Below, one piece after another: positions 29,052-38,258 of a stretch of 64,000 bases of DNA. The translations under genes and the position numbers were made by a program. Source of the stretch: an uncultured Gammaproteobacteria bacterium (GTDB lineage Bacteria; Pseudomonadota; Gammaproteobacteria; Magnimaribacterales; D2472). A model generated the notes under the pieces. It saw nothing but the letters and a program-made list of their open reading frames with translations, searched no databases and was not told the DNA's origin. The stretch is from assembly GCA_964342675.1 (NCBI GenBank), contig CAYFFR010000001.1:20981-84980 (forward strand), in the 5' to 3' direction. The first letter of the stretch is position 1. Every line of letters starts with the position of its first letter.

Positions 29052-29888
29052 ATGATTATCTCATTTGACCAAAGAGAATATAAAAAATTAAATGATAAAG
29101 CATATACTCTTGAGAAAAGAAGGCTCCAAATTGAGCTATTAAAACTTCAAGAAGACGTAATTAAAAATAAAAGAAGAATATGTCTAGTTTTTGAAGGAAG
29201 AGATACGGCTGGTAAAAGTTCAACTATTAAATTCTTTTCACAACACCTAATACCTAAAAATTTTAATTACGTTCAACTAGGTATTCCAAATAAATGGGAA
29301 TCTACTCATTGGTTCAAAAGATGGGAAAAAGCTCTCCCTAAGAAGGGTCAAATAAATTTCTTAGATAGAAGTTGGTACACGAGAGCTCTAACAGAACCCG
29401 TTATGGGTTATTGTTCTGAAACTCAATACAGAGAATTTATGAAAAGAGTTATTCCATGGGAACAAAGGTTATTAGAAAAAGGTTATGAAATAATTAAATT
29501 CTATTTTTCTCTTACTAAAGATCAACAAAAAAGAAGAATGAAAGCTAGAAAGGAATCTAGACTCAAGTACTGGAAATTATCACCCAATGATGAAGGAATA
29601 GTAACTAAATGGGATGCTTTTAGTCTTTATAAAGACCAGATGTTTGAAAAAACTGCTCTAGAGAAACTTCCTTGGGTAGTTATTAATGCGAATAATAAAA
29701 TGATAGCTAGATTAACAGCATTAAGATTTTTACTTAACCAAATTGGATATGAAAATAAAAAATTACTTAAGCCTTTAGCATGGTCAAAAAAAATAAATAA
29801 TTATAAGGTTTCTTTAGAAGGTGTTGAGTTTGATAATCTTAATTATGATCAATTTATGATTCTAACAAAGTACAGTGATGATATTTGA
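29052..29888 (+). CDS. ppk2: polyphosphate kinase 2
   Basis: 278 aa. P-loop-like VFEGRDTAGKSSTIK, DRSWYTRA, and the lid region typical of the PPK2 family. Confidence 0.85.
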   Translation: MIISFDQREYKKLNDKAYTLEKRRLQIELLKLQEDVIKNKRRICLVFEGRDTAGKSSTIKFFSQHLIPKNFNYVQLGIPNKWESTHWFKRWEKALPKKGQINFLDRSWYTRALTEPVMGYCSETQYREFMKRVIPWEQRLLEKGYEIIKFYFSLTKDQQKRRMKARKESRLKYWKLSPNDEGIVTKWDAFSLYKDQMFEKTALEKLPWVVINANNKMIARLTALRFLLNQIGYENKKLLKPLAWSKKINNYKVSLEGVEFDNLNYDQFMILTKYSDDI

Positions 29889-29891
29889 AAC

Positions 29892-30749
29892 ATGAAAATT
29901 GCATCTATAGATATTGGAACAAATGCTGTTAAAGCTAAAATTTTTATGACTTCACCGACTCTAATTGAATTTTGTGAAGGTATGAGATCGCCGATGAGGC
30001 TTGGGACTGATGTATTTATTGATGGCATGCTATCTAATAAGAGTATTAATAAGTTAATAAAAGTTTTAAAAGAATATATTGATCATTTTAAAATCAATAG
30101 CATTGACCACTTTGAAATAGTTGCTACATCAGCTTTTAGAGATACACAAAACTCTGAAGAAGCCAGAAGAATTGTAGAAAATAAAATAGAGCATCCTATT
30201 CGAATTATTTCTGGATTAGAAGAAGCAAAATTAATTGGGCTGCACCCGAAGGTAGAAAATAAGAAAGATAGTGTTTTTGTTGATTTAGGTGGAGGAAGTA
30301 CTGAATTTTTTTATATTCATAAAAATAAACGAGTTATTAAATCTTTCCAGCTTGGAGCAGTTAGAAATATGTTAAGAAAAGACTCTCCTTCTGAATGGAA
30401 TAAATTATCTAGATGGCTCAAAATCATACCAAATAAGAAAAAGCTCATTGGAATTGGAGGAAACATAAGATCTTTTCTGCAAATTAATGAATCTAATAGG
30501 ATTAGTCAGAAAGCTTTTATCAATGCAAAAGATAGTTTAAACAAGCTAACATTCCAGGAGAAAATTCATAAGTATAATTTTTCTCAAGACAGAGCTGATG
30601 TTATTGATTACGCTATGAGTGTGTATGAATTTATTCTTAATAGAACAAACATTACATCCATTCAATCAACAAAATGGGGTGTATCTGATTCAATTGCTGT
30701 AAAGTTATATCATGAGCTTTACTCAGGAGAACTTACAATCAATAATTAA
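29892..30749 (+). CDS. Ppx/GppA-family phosphatase, short form (ASKHA domains only)
   Basis: 285 aa. IASIDIGTNAVKAKIF and VDLGGGSTEF are the two ASKHA phosphate-binding motifs of exopolyphosphatase. The C-terminal HD-type domain of long PPX is absent. Confidence 0.7.
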   Translation: MKIASIDIGTNAVKAKIFMTSPTLIEFCEGMRSPMRLGTDVFIDGMLSNKSINKLIKVLKEYIDHFKINSIDHFEIVATSAFRDTQNSEEARRIVENKIEHPIRIISGLEEAKLIGLHPKVENKKDSVFVDLGGGSTEFFYIHKNKRVIKSFQLGAVRNMLRKDSPSEWNKLSRWLKIIPNKKKLIGIGGNIRSFLQINESNRISQKAFINAKDSLNKLTFQEKIHKYNFSQDRADVIDYAMSVYEFILNRTNITSIQSTKWGVSDSIAVKLYHELYSGELTINN

Positions 30750-30767
30750 AATAACCAACAGAACTTT

Positions 30768-32528
30768 TTAATCAACTGATTTTAGAGTGAACCAAAATCT
30801 TGATCCACCTTTTTTTCTTGGCATCACACCAACATCACCACCCAATTGATCTACTAAATGTTTAACTATAGCTAATCCAAGCCCGCTGCCTCTATCTGAT
30901 TCAGCTCTTGCTTTAGCAGTCCTATAAAATCTATTAAAAATAAGCTTTCTTTCTGGCTCTTCTACTCCAACTCCATCGTCTAAAATAGATACTTTAGTAT
31001 GGTCTTTTGTTTTTCTTAGCTTGATTTCTATTTTTTTATCTGGATTACTGTATTTAATAGAGTTTTCAATTAAGTTGTTTAGAATTTGCTCTATAGCTTC
31101 TTTATCAGCATAAACAAAAACATCTCCGCTATAATCAAAAATAAACTCTATATTCTTTTTTTTTGCTAGATTCTTTAATCCATCTAGCACATGATTAATC
31201 TCATGTTTTAAATCAATTTTTTCAATATTAAAATGCTGGTCACCATATTCAATTCTCGATAAATCAATAAGTCTAGAAATCATTTCTGACAACCTAACTG
31301 AGTTATGTAAAATTGCTTTAGTAAATCGATTAGCTGTTCTCTTGTCATCTAAAGCACCGTCTAATAGGGTCTCCGAGTTTGCCCTAATAACACTTACAGG
31401 TGTATTTAATTCGTGTGATAAATTTGCAATAAAATCCCTTCTCATAGAATCCATTTGCCTAAGTTGTGTTTCATCATGTAAAACGAGTATTAATTCCTTT
31501 GTAGCTTTTGCCTTATTAATTTGAGCTAAAATCCATTTAACATCGTTATCTTTAATTGCATGTTCAAATTCCAAAGCATATTTACCTTTTTTAGAAGCCT
31601 GACTAAATAATTGTTGTATTGGTTTAATTTGAATATCATCAACATGCACATCATCAATATCATCGATTTGAAGAATGTTTAATGCTTCATCATTACTAAA
31701 AGTAACTATTCCATCTTCACTAAAAACAATAATGCCTTGACCTAAGTCATCTAAAACTCTTCCAAATTGATCTCGTTGTTTGGCTATTAAACCTATCTGA
31801 TTTTTTAAATCGATTGATATAGAAGAGATGCTTCTTGCTACAGAACCAATTTCATCAGGTCTTTTTGTAGGTAGGGATTTAATGGTTTTCTTTTTTAAAT
31901 TACCTCTGACTAATAAATTAGCAGCTTTTTCTAAGTCAAAAAGGTTATCTCGAGCATAATTACCTGCGATTATGCTTGCTAATATGGCTACGATGAAAGC
32001 GACAGCAAGAATTAAGTTAATTGAGGTATTTAAAGAATTAAAAGCTTCATCAAAATATATATTAGGCACAGCTATTCTAATAATGTTTGGAGATTTGGTT
32101 GACTGGTCTAAAATAGCAAAATAAAGCATTTCTTTTTTTACGGTATCGCTATATCTTCTACTCCAACCCATACCATCTTTAAATGCATCAATAACCTCGG
32201 GTCTAGATCCGTGGTTATCTATTCCATCAAGATCATTAACCGCAATATCCGAATCGCCTAATACTTTACCGTCATGAGAAATTAAAGTAATTCTAGAGTC
32301 TGCAGCTTGAGAGTATTTATCTATCTGATCTTTTAAAGAATTCCGATCTTCATATTCGGAGATATTTCCTAAATTCTCTTTAAGAATTTGTCCTTGTTTT
32401 TGGAGTTCAGTTTCTATTTGTGTTTGAAGTTTAGTGCCTAAATCTCTTTCAGCTACTATAAAAGCTATGATTAAGCCTATCGACAAACATGATAGTACAA
32501 TAAAAAATATTCGAGTTCTGATTCCCAT
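30768..32528 (-). CDS. phoR: phosphate-regulon-type sensor histidine kinase with a large extracytoplasmic domain
   Basis: 586 aa. Two TM helices (about residues 6-26 and 170-192) bracket a loop of about 145 aa. These are followed by HAMP, PAS (GQGIIVFSEDGIVTFSNDEA), an H-box RRDFIANLSHELNTPV and an ATPase G-box GSGLGLAIVKHLV. Confidence 0.8.
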   Translation of the reverse strand: MGIRTRIFFIVLSCLSIGLIIAFIVAERDLGTKLQTQIETELQKQGQILKENLGNISEYEDRNSLKDQIDKYSQAADSRITLISHDGKVLGDSDIAVNDLDGIDNHGSRPEVIDAFKDGMGWSRRYSDTVKKEMLYFAILDQSTKSPNIIRIAVPNIYFDEAFNSLNTSINLILAVAFIVAILASIIAGNYARDNLFDLEKAANLLVRGNLKKKTIKSLPTKRPDEIGSVARSISSISIDLKNQIGLIAKQRDQFGRVLDDLGQGIIVFSEDGIVTFSNDEALNILQIDDIDDVHVDDIQIKPIQQLFSQASKKGKYALEFEHAIKDNDVKWILAQINKAKATKELILVLHDETQLRQMDSMRRDFIANLSHELNTPVSVIRANSETLLDGALDDKRTANRFTKAILHNSVRLSEMISRLIDLSRIEYGDQHFNIEKIDLKHEINHVLDGLKNLAKKKNIEFIFDYSGDVFVYADKEAIEQILNNLIENSIKYSNPDKKIEIKLRKTKDHTKVSILDDGVGVEEPERKLIFNRFYRTAKARAESDRGSGLGLAIVKHLVDQLGGDVGVMPRKKGGSRFWFTLKSVD

Positions 32529-32534
32529 TAATAG

Positions 32535-33230
32535 CTAATCCGGGTTTCTTGAGAATCTATAACCTACGCCCCTAATTGTTTGGATATATGATCCAATTTC
32601 ACCTAATTTTTCTCTTAATCTCTTGATATGAGTATCTACCGTTCTGGTAGTAACTTCAGCACTATACCCCCATACTTCACTTAAGAGTTGATCTCTTGTC
32701 TGTACCCTGCCCCTTCTATCTATTAAATGTTTTAAAAGTCGAAATTCGAGAGCAGTCAATATAACCTCATCGTTATTAATAAAAACTTGATGTGCATCAA
32801 AGTTTAATTCTAAATCACCAAATTTATAAGGTGCCGGTGTGGGTGAGTTAGCGTTCTGATCACCTCTTTTTAAAATGGCTTTTATTCTTAAAACTAACTC
32901 TCTTACACTAAAAGGTTTTGTTACGTAGTCATCTGCGCCTAACTCAAAACCAACAACTCTATCAACTTCATCTGCCTTGGCAGTTAATATAATGACAGGT
33001 ATAGATTTGGTTGTATCCAATGATTTTATTTCTCGGCAGAAATCTAATCCTGATCCATCTGGAAGCATTAAATCAAGCACTACTAAGTCAATTGCTTTTG
33101 TTGTAAATAATGTATTGGCTTCTGAGATTGATGGTGCAGTAACAACATCGTAAGATTCTTTGGTTAGATTATAGTGAAGAGTCTTTCGAATATCTGGTTC
33201 GTCTTCTACTACTAATATTCTTGTTGACAT
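32535..33230 (-). CDS. phoB: OmpR/PhoB-family response regulator (PhoB/PhoP-type)
   Basis: 231 aa. Receiver domain (ILVVEDEPDI...VVLDLMLPDGSG...LTAKADEVDRVVGFELGADDYVTKPFS) plus winged helix (TRTVDTHIKRLREKL...IRGVGYRF). Paired with the PhoR-like kinase and embedded in phosphate genes. Confidence 0.85.
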   Translation of the reverse strand: MSTRILVVEDEPDIRKTLHYNLTKESYDVVTAPSISEANTLFTTKAIDLVVLDLMLPDGSGLDFCREIKSLDTTKSIPVIILTAKADEVDRVVGFELGADDYVTKPFSVRELVLRIKAILKRGDQNANSPTPAPYKFGDLELNFDAHQVFINNDEVILTALEFRLLKHLIDRRGRVQTRDQLLSEVWGYSAEVTTRTVDTHIKRLREKLGEIGSYIQTIRGVGYRFSRNPD

Positions 33231-33291
33231 TTTTCTATATTTTTTCTCCCTCCTTTATAACCGATTTATAGCTAAATTGTAAAAAATTTAC

Positions 33292-34965
33292 TTAATTTTT
33301 TAAATTATTCACAAACTGGTCACGAAGAAAGGGTTTAGAAAATTTTCCTGAGGCTATTCTTGGTAATGGTTCAAATTGTATTGCTACATTTTCAGGTATC
33401 TGAAATTTTGCTAATTTATCTTTTAAGAATTCTTGAATTTCGTCACTACTTAGCTTAGCTGAGTCATGAGCGTAAATTGCTGCGCATAATATTTCACCCA
33501 ATCTTTCATCTGGAATTCCAAAAACTGCAACCTCCCTTACTAATTTGTGCTCAGCAATTGCTGATTCAACTTCGATACAAGAAATATTTTCTCCACCTCT
33601 TATTACCAAATCTTTAACCCTATCAACAATAAATAAGAATCCGTCTTGTATATATCCTAGGTCTCCAGATCTAAACCAACCATCACTGTTAAATACCTCT
33701 TTTGTTGCTTTATCGTTATTCCAATAGCCAATCATGTTTGCTGGAGATTTTATTAGCACCTCACCTACGTTTCCATCAGGTAAAAAATTCCAATCTTGAT
33801 CAGAAATAGCTAGCTCGGTGATAGGAGGAACTGCTCTACCACAGCTGGATGGATGTTCTAAATAATCATCATCTGCATTTAATGTTCCAAGGGCATTTGT
33901 TTCAGTTAAACCGTAACCAATAGATGGAGTACCTGCCATCTCATCATTCAAGCGCTTTACATGCTCTGGAGGTCTAGGGGCACCTCCCCCGCTTAAATCT
34001 TTCAATGAAGATAAATCATATTTATCTCTATCAGGATGATTTAAAATATCCCATGTTTGTGTAGGAACCCCTGTGATTGATGTAATTTTTTCTTTTGCAA
34101 TTAATTTCATAGCTTCTAAAACATCCCATTTTGGAATTAGAATCATTTTTCTTCCTGAGATCACAGACATCAAGAACCCTGCATGTGATCCAGTTACATG
34201 GAATAATGGAACGCAATGAAGTATTGATTGGGGATGATCAGTTGCTGTTTGATCCGAATCAGAATCAACTTCTCTCGCTACTCGAATTGAAAAAAATAAT
34301 GCCCAACTAAACAAAGTAGCAAGGACGTTTCTGTGAGATGATAAGACTCCTTTAGGGTTTCCTGTAGAACCAGAAGTATAAAAAATTGTTGCATGATCGT
34401 CAGGGTCTATTGTGACTTCAGGCCAAGTATCTGGTTGATTATTGATAAAATTATTGAAACTTGGTTGATTTTTATTAGATCTGACGAAAATCTTTTTTAG
34501 ATCTTTTATTTCGTCCAACCCCTCTAATCTTTTTTCATCTCCAATAATAATTTTTGATGAAGAATCTTTTAATGCATAAATTATCTCAACTGGGACCCAC
34601 CAAGAATTTAATGGGACAAGTACTGCTCCCATTGATACGACTGCAATGTAAATAATAATATATTCAGGATTATTTGGCATACATACTGATACACGATCAC
34701 CTTTCTGAACACCAGCTGATTTTAAGGCATGTGCTGTTTGTGCAGCTTTGCTGTAGATATCCTTAAAGGTATATCTTTCTTCCTGATAAACAAGCCAATC
34801 TTGATCTGGAAATAACAAACCAAATTCAAAATAATCTTTTAATGTCTTAGGTGCAGACTTAAATTCTTTATAAGTTATCCCTGACTTGTGCTTAATCTCT
34901 TCATACTCGAACAGTTGTCCTGGAGCAGTTAGCTCATCAACATATTCAAAAAAATCTTTCTTCAT
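33292..34965 (-). CDS. acyl-CoA synthetase (AMP-forming)
   Basis: 557 aa. IFYTSGSTGNPKGV, GYGLTETN, SGDLGY, RGGENISCIEVE and C-terminal PRIASGKF. Confidence 0.9.
   Translation of the reverse strand: MKKDFFEYVDELTAPGQLFEYEEIKHKSGITYKEFKSAPKTLKDYFEFGLLFPDQDWLVYQEERYTFKDIYSKAAQTAHALKSAGVQKGDRVSVCMPNNPEYIIIYIAVVSMGAVLVPLNSWWVPVEIIYALKDSSSKIIIGDEKRLEGLDEIKDLKKIFVRSNKNQPSFNNFINNQPDTWPEVTIDPDDHATIFYTSGSTGNPKGVLSSHRNVLATLFSWALFFSIRVAREVDSDSDQTATDHPQSILHCVPLFHVTGSHAGFLMSVISGRKMILIPKWDVLEAMKLIAKEKITSITGVPTQTWDILNHPDRDKYDLSSLKDLSGGGAPRPPEHVKRLNDEMAGTPSIGYGLTETNALGTLNADDDYLEHPSSCGRAVPPITELAISDQDWNFLPDGNVGEVLIKSPANMIGYWNNDKATKEVFNSDGWFRSGDLGYIQDGFLFIVDRVKDLVIRGGENISCIEVESAIAEHKLVREVAVFGIPDERLGEILCAAIYAHDSAKLSSDEIQEFLKDKLAKFQIPENVAIQFEPLPRIASGKFSKPFLRDQFVNNLKN
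33306..33323 (-). promoter_or_regulatory. Pho-box-like tandem direct repeat (site 4), upstream of phoB
   Basis: Read on the minus strand: GTGACCA-GTTT-GTGAATA, with the same architecture as sites 1-3. It lies about 75-95 bp upstream of the phoB start, inside the last codons (RDQFVNN) of the upstream acyl-CoA synthetase gene. Confidence 0.35.
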
Positions 34966-35007
34966 ACTTTTCCAGAATCACTAGGAGTAGTATCCTAAAC
35001 GATTATT

Positions 35008-37479
35008 ATGATAAATAGAATTCATTTATACATAGTTTTTATAATATTAGCTGGTTGTGGTGGTGGTGGTGGAGGTGGTTCTTCTGGACCTCCGGCCTTA
35101 TACACTGAACAAGATACTCCTACTACTACTCCACCGAATAACCCAGTTACTCCTACCCTCTCATATGATGAGCTAAAAGAAAAATATGAAAACAATTATG
35201 AATATATAAGCCAATGGGGTCTTAAATCAGTGAATGCTGCATCTGCTTATGCAAGAGGAGCAACAGGGTCTAATATAATTATAGGTGTCACTGACTCAGG
35301 ATTAGATACCTCTCATGAAGAAATCTCTTATATGCGTATAGATTCTAGAAGTGATTTAAGCTATTCGAATTATGTCCCTAATACTCGTCAAAAAAGACAT
35401 GGCACTATGGTCTCATCTGTTGCTGCAGGAATTCTAAGTGAAAACGATGACTCACCCATGCATGGAGTAGCATTTGACGCAGACATTTTTTTTATTGCTA
35501 TTCAATTAGCTGAGCCAGACGAAAATTATGATCCTATTGATCTAGGAGATAGTAGTGGAGACAACTCTCCTGACTACACTGGTGTAGATAACTTTTTTAG
35601 TCAATTATTTAATATATATAGTAGTTATGATGTAGATATTGTAAATAATAGTTATGGTTATGCTGGAAACATAACTGACTATACTGAAGCACAACTTAGA
35701 TCTGCTTTTCCTAAAACAATTGAAGCAATGGCTCAATTAGATACAAATGATTCTGATAAAACTATATTTGTTTGGTCAGCAGGAAATGCTGGAAGCTATG
35801 CGGATCAAGGAGTTGATTTCTCAAGTCCAGAAGTCTTGCCAGGTATTGCTGCATATATTTCGGAAGTACAGGGCCACTCTATAGCGGTTGTATCAATAGA
35901 TGAAAGTGGTGAGATTTCTGATTTTTCAAGTAGATGTGGAATTGCAGCAGAATATTGTATTGCTGCTCCAGGAGCTGAAATTACTGTTGCTTATCCAGTA
36001 TCTCAATCCGATCAAGGTATATATGATGATGTTGATAGAGACTGTGAAACAAATAATAGTTGTTATGCAATAACTAATGGAACTTCATTTGCATCCCCTT
36101 TCGTCGCTGGTGGTCTAGCTGTTATTGCAGATCACTTTGAAGGTCAGTTAGGAAGTACTGAATTGGTTGAAAGACTCTTTGCTACTGCTAATAAAGAAGG
36201 TGTATATGCAAATTCAGAAATTTATGGACAAGGTTTAATGGATCTAGATGCTGCAACATCGCCTGTGGGTCAGTTAACCGCGACTTTAACTAGTTCTATT
36301 GATGGTATAAAAGTCCCGTTACATTCTACAATTATTGATGTATCCAGTATGGCTTTTGGTGATTCAATTATAAATAACCTATCAAACCAATCACTTATAC
36401 TCTTTGATGAATTAAATGCGCCATTTAGATATTCATTAACAAACTTTATAACTGATATTGGTCAAGAAAGTTTGTTTAAACAAAAGATAAGTCCCCACAT
36501 CAAGCATACAAATCAAAAGATAGTAACTCAGTTTGGCTCAATGGAATTAAGAAAAGCAGTTGATAGAAGTAATATATTCCAATCATTTAATACTCATATT
36601 AACGAAGCTTATATAGAAAATTCTTATGGTTTTTTAATATCAAATAATGAAGATAATTATTTCATCAGTTCTGGCTTTAATTTTGATTCCAGTCTGGGAT
36701 TTTTTAATCATGCCTCAATTAATCAACACTCATATTTAAAAGAAGATATAGGTAATCCGTGGAGTAAATTTACAAAGAATGGAATTACTGTAGGAAAAGA
36801 ATTCTTAATTAACGATTATAAAATTACATTTATTAATTCAATAGGAAGGCCTGAAACTACTAACCCATTTAAAGAAAAATCAACTAATAATTCTATTGTT
36901 TTCAATGTAAGTAATTATAGTGAATGGTTCTCAATGCAATTTGGTGCTTTAAGAGAAAAGAATTCCAGCGTTGGTTTAAATGGCTCAGGGGCATTTAGTA
37001 GCAATTCAAAGCCCATGACAAAATTTATAGGTATGAATCTTCTTTATGAATCTAATTGGGGATTATTCTTCTCAAATTTCTATCATGGAAATACCAATAA
37101 CAATTCATCAAATATTGGCTTTATAAAGAATATACAAAACCTTCAATCAGAATCATTTAATCTTGGCTATAAACCCTTCCTGAAAAATAACAAACACCAA
37201 TTAATCTTGTCAGTCAATCAACCGTTAAGATTAAAATCTGGAACTATGAATCTTAAGGTACCTGTATATAGGTCAAAAAATAAACAAATATTTTTTAATA
37301 ATCTTAATATTGATTTACAACCATCAGGAAGAGAGATCAACTCTAAGATAGACTACAGTTTCTCAGAAAATTCATGGAGCATACAGTTTGGTATAGGTTA
37401 TAAACAAGATGCTTATCACTCTAAATATAGTAAAGATTATTGGTTTGGTAATATCAGTTTCATGAAATATTTATATTAA
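35008..37479 (+). CDS. S8 subtilisin-like serine protease lipoprotein with a C-terminal putative outer-membrane beta-barrel domain
   Basis: 823 aa. Canonical lipobox LAGC, followed by a G7SSGP and Pro/Thr linker. Catalytic triad blocks are GVTDSGLD, HGTMVSSVAAG and NGTSFASPFVAGG. The last 300-400 aa or so are Asn/Ser/Tyr-rich with alternating hydrophobicity and end ...NISFMKYLY. Confidence 0.85.
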   Translation: MINRIHLYIVFIILAGCGGGGGGGSSGPPALYTEQDTPTTTPPNNPVTPTLSYDELKEKYENNYEYISQWGLKSVNAASAYARGATGSNIIIGVTDSGLDTSHEEISYMRIDSRSDLSYSNYVPNTRQKRHGTMVSSVAAGILSENDDSPMHGVAFDADIFFIAIQLAEPDENYDPIDLGDSSGDNSPDYTGVDNFFSQLFNIYSSYDVDIVNNSYGYAGNITDYTEAQLRSAFPKTIEAMAQLDTNDSDKTIFVWSAGNAGSYADQGVDFSSPEVLPGIAAYISEVQGHSIAVVSIDESGEISDFSSRCGIAAEYCIAAPGAEITVAYPVSQSDQGIYDDVDRDCETNNSCYAITNGTSFASPFVAGGLAVIADHFEGQLGSTELVERLFATANKEGVYANSEIYGQGLMDLDAATSPVGQLTATLTSSIDGIKVPLHSTIIDVSSMAFGDSIINNLSNQSLILFDELNAPFRYSLTNFITDIGQESLFKQKISPHIKHTNQKIVTQFGSMELRKAVDRSNIFQSFNTHINEAYIENSYGFLISNNEDNYFISSGFNFDSSLGFFNHASINQHSYLKEDIGNPWSKFTKNGITVGKEFLINDYKITFINSIGRPETTNPFKEKSTNNSIVFNVSNYSEWFSMQFGALREKNSSVGLNGSGAFSSNSKPMTKFIGMNLLYESNWGLFFSNFYHGNTNNNSSNIGFIKNIQNLQSESFNLGYKPFLKNNKHQLILSVNQPLRLKSGTMNLKVPVYRSKNKQIFFNNLNIDLQPSGREINSKIDYSFSENSWSIQFGIGYKQDAYHSKYSKDYWFGNISFMKYLY

Positions 37480-37484
37480 AATTT

Positions 37485-38258
37485 TTGGAGAAAAGTTTGA
37501 ATTTAAAAAACAAAATAGTTTATATAACTGGTGGTAGTGAAGGTATAGGATATGCCATTGCTAAGCAAGCAATGATCCATGGTGCTCAAACCATCATAAC
37601 AGGTCGAGATAGTTCCAAGCTACTTAAGGCCAAAAAAAAACTTATAGACATTTCACCTGATATACATACACAATGTTTTGATATTTCAGATGAAGAAAAA
37701 GTTAAGGATGAGCTGACAAAAACCTATGATAAATATGGTGAAATTCATGGTCTAGTAAATAATGCCCCATCAGTACATGTTGGAATGATAGAAGACATGG
37801 ATTATTCTGCTTGGAGAACTAACTTTAAAGCTAATTTAGATGGTGTATTTTTTACAACAAATTATGTTTTACCAAAGATGAAAAAAGCTAAGCAAGGGGC
37901 TATTGTGAATATAGCATCTGTTGCAGGTTTAAAAGGTACATCATTTCTTTCAGCTTACGGAGCAGCTAAAGCGGGTTTAATACATTTTTCTAAATCTTCA
38001 GCTATAGAAGGAGCTCCTTTTGTTAGAGTAAACTGTGTTATTCCTGGAGCAGTATTAACACCATCATTACGAAATGCTATGCCAACTGATAATATGATGA
38101 ATGAAACCAGTAAATCCATACCTTTAAAACGCATAGGAAAACCTGATGAAATTGCATCAGCAGTTTTATTTCTATTAAGTGATGATGCATCATATATTAC
38201 TGGTGCTGATCTAATAATAGATGGTGGAAAAACAGCAGATTTAAATGCAGGAAATTAA
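37485..38258 (+). CDS. SDR oxidoreductase
   Basis: 257 aa, TTG start. ITGGSEGIG, NNAP and YGAAKAG motifs, C-terminal ITGADLIIDGG. Confidence 0.85.
   Translation: MEKSLNLKNKIVYITGGSEGIGYAIAKQAMIHGAQTIITGRDSSKLLKAKKKLIDISPDIHTQCFDISDEEKVKDELTKTYDKYGEIHGLVNNAPSVHVGMIEDMDYSAWRTNFKANLDGVFFTTNYVLPKMKKAKQGAIVNIASVAGLKGTSFLSAYGAAKAGLIHFSKSSAIEGAPFVRVNCVIPGAVLTPSLRNAMPTDNMMNETSKSIPLKRIGKPDEIASAVLFLLSDDASYITGADLIIDGGKTADLNAGN

Noticed and set aside
35058-35078. (GGT)n tract in the subtilase gene as a phase-variation switch
   Set aside because: The repeat unit is a trinucleotide, so slippage would only change the Gly-linker length and could not switch the gene on or off.
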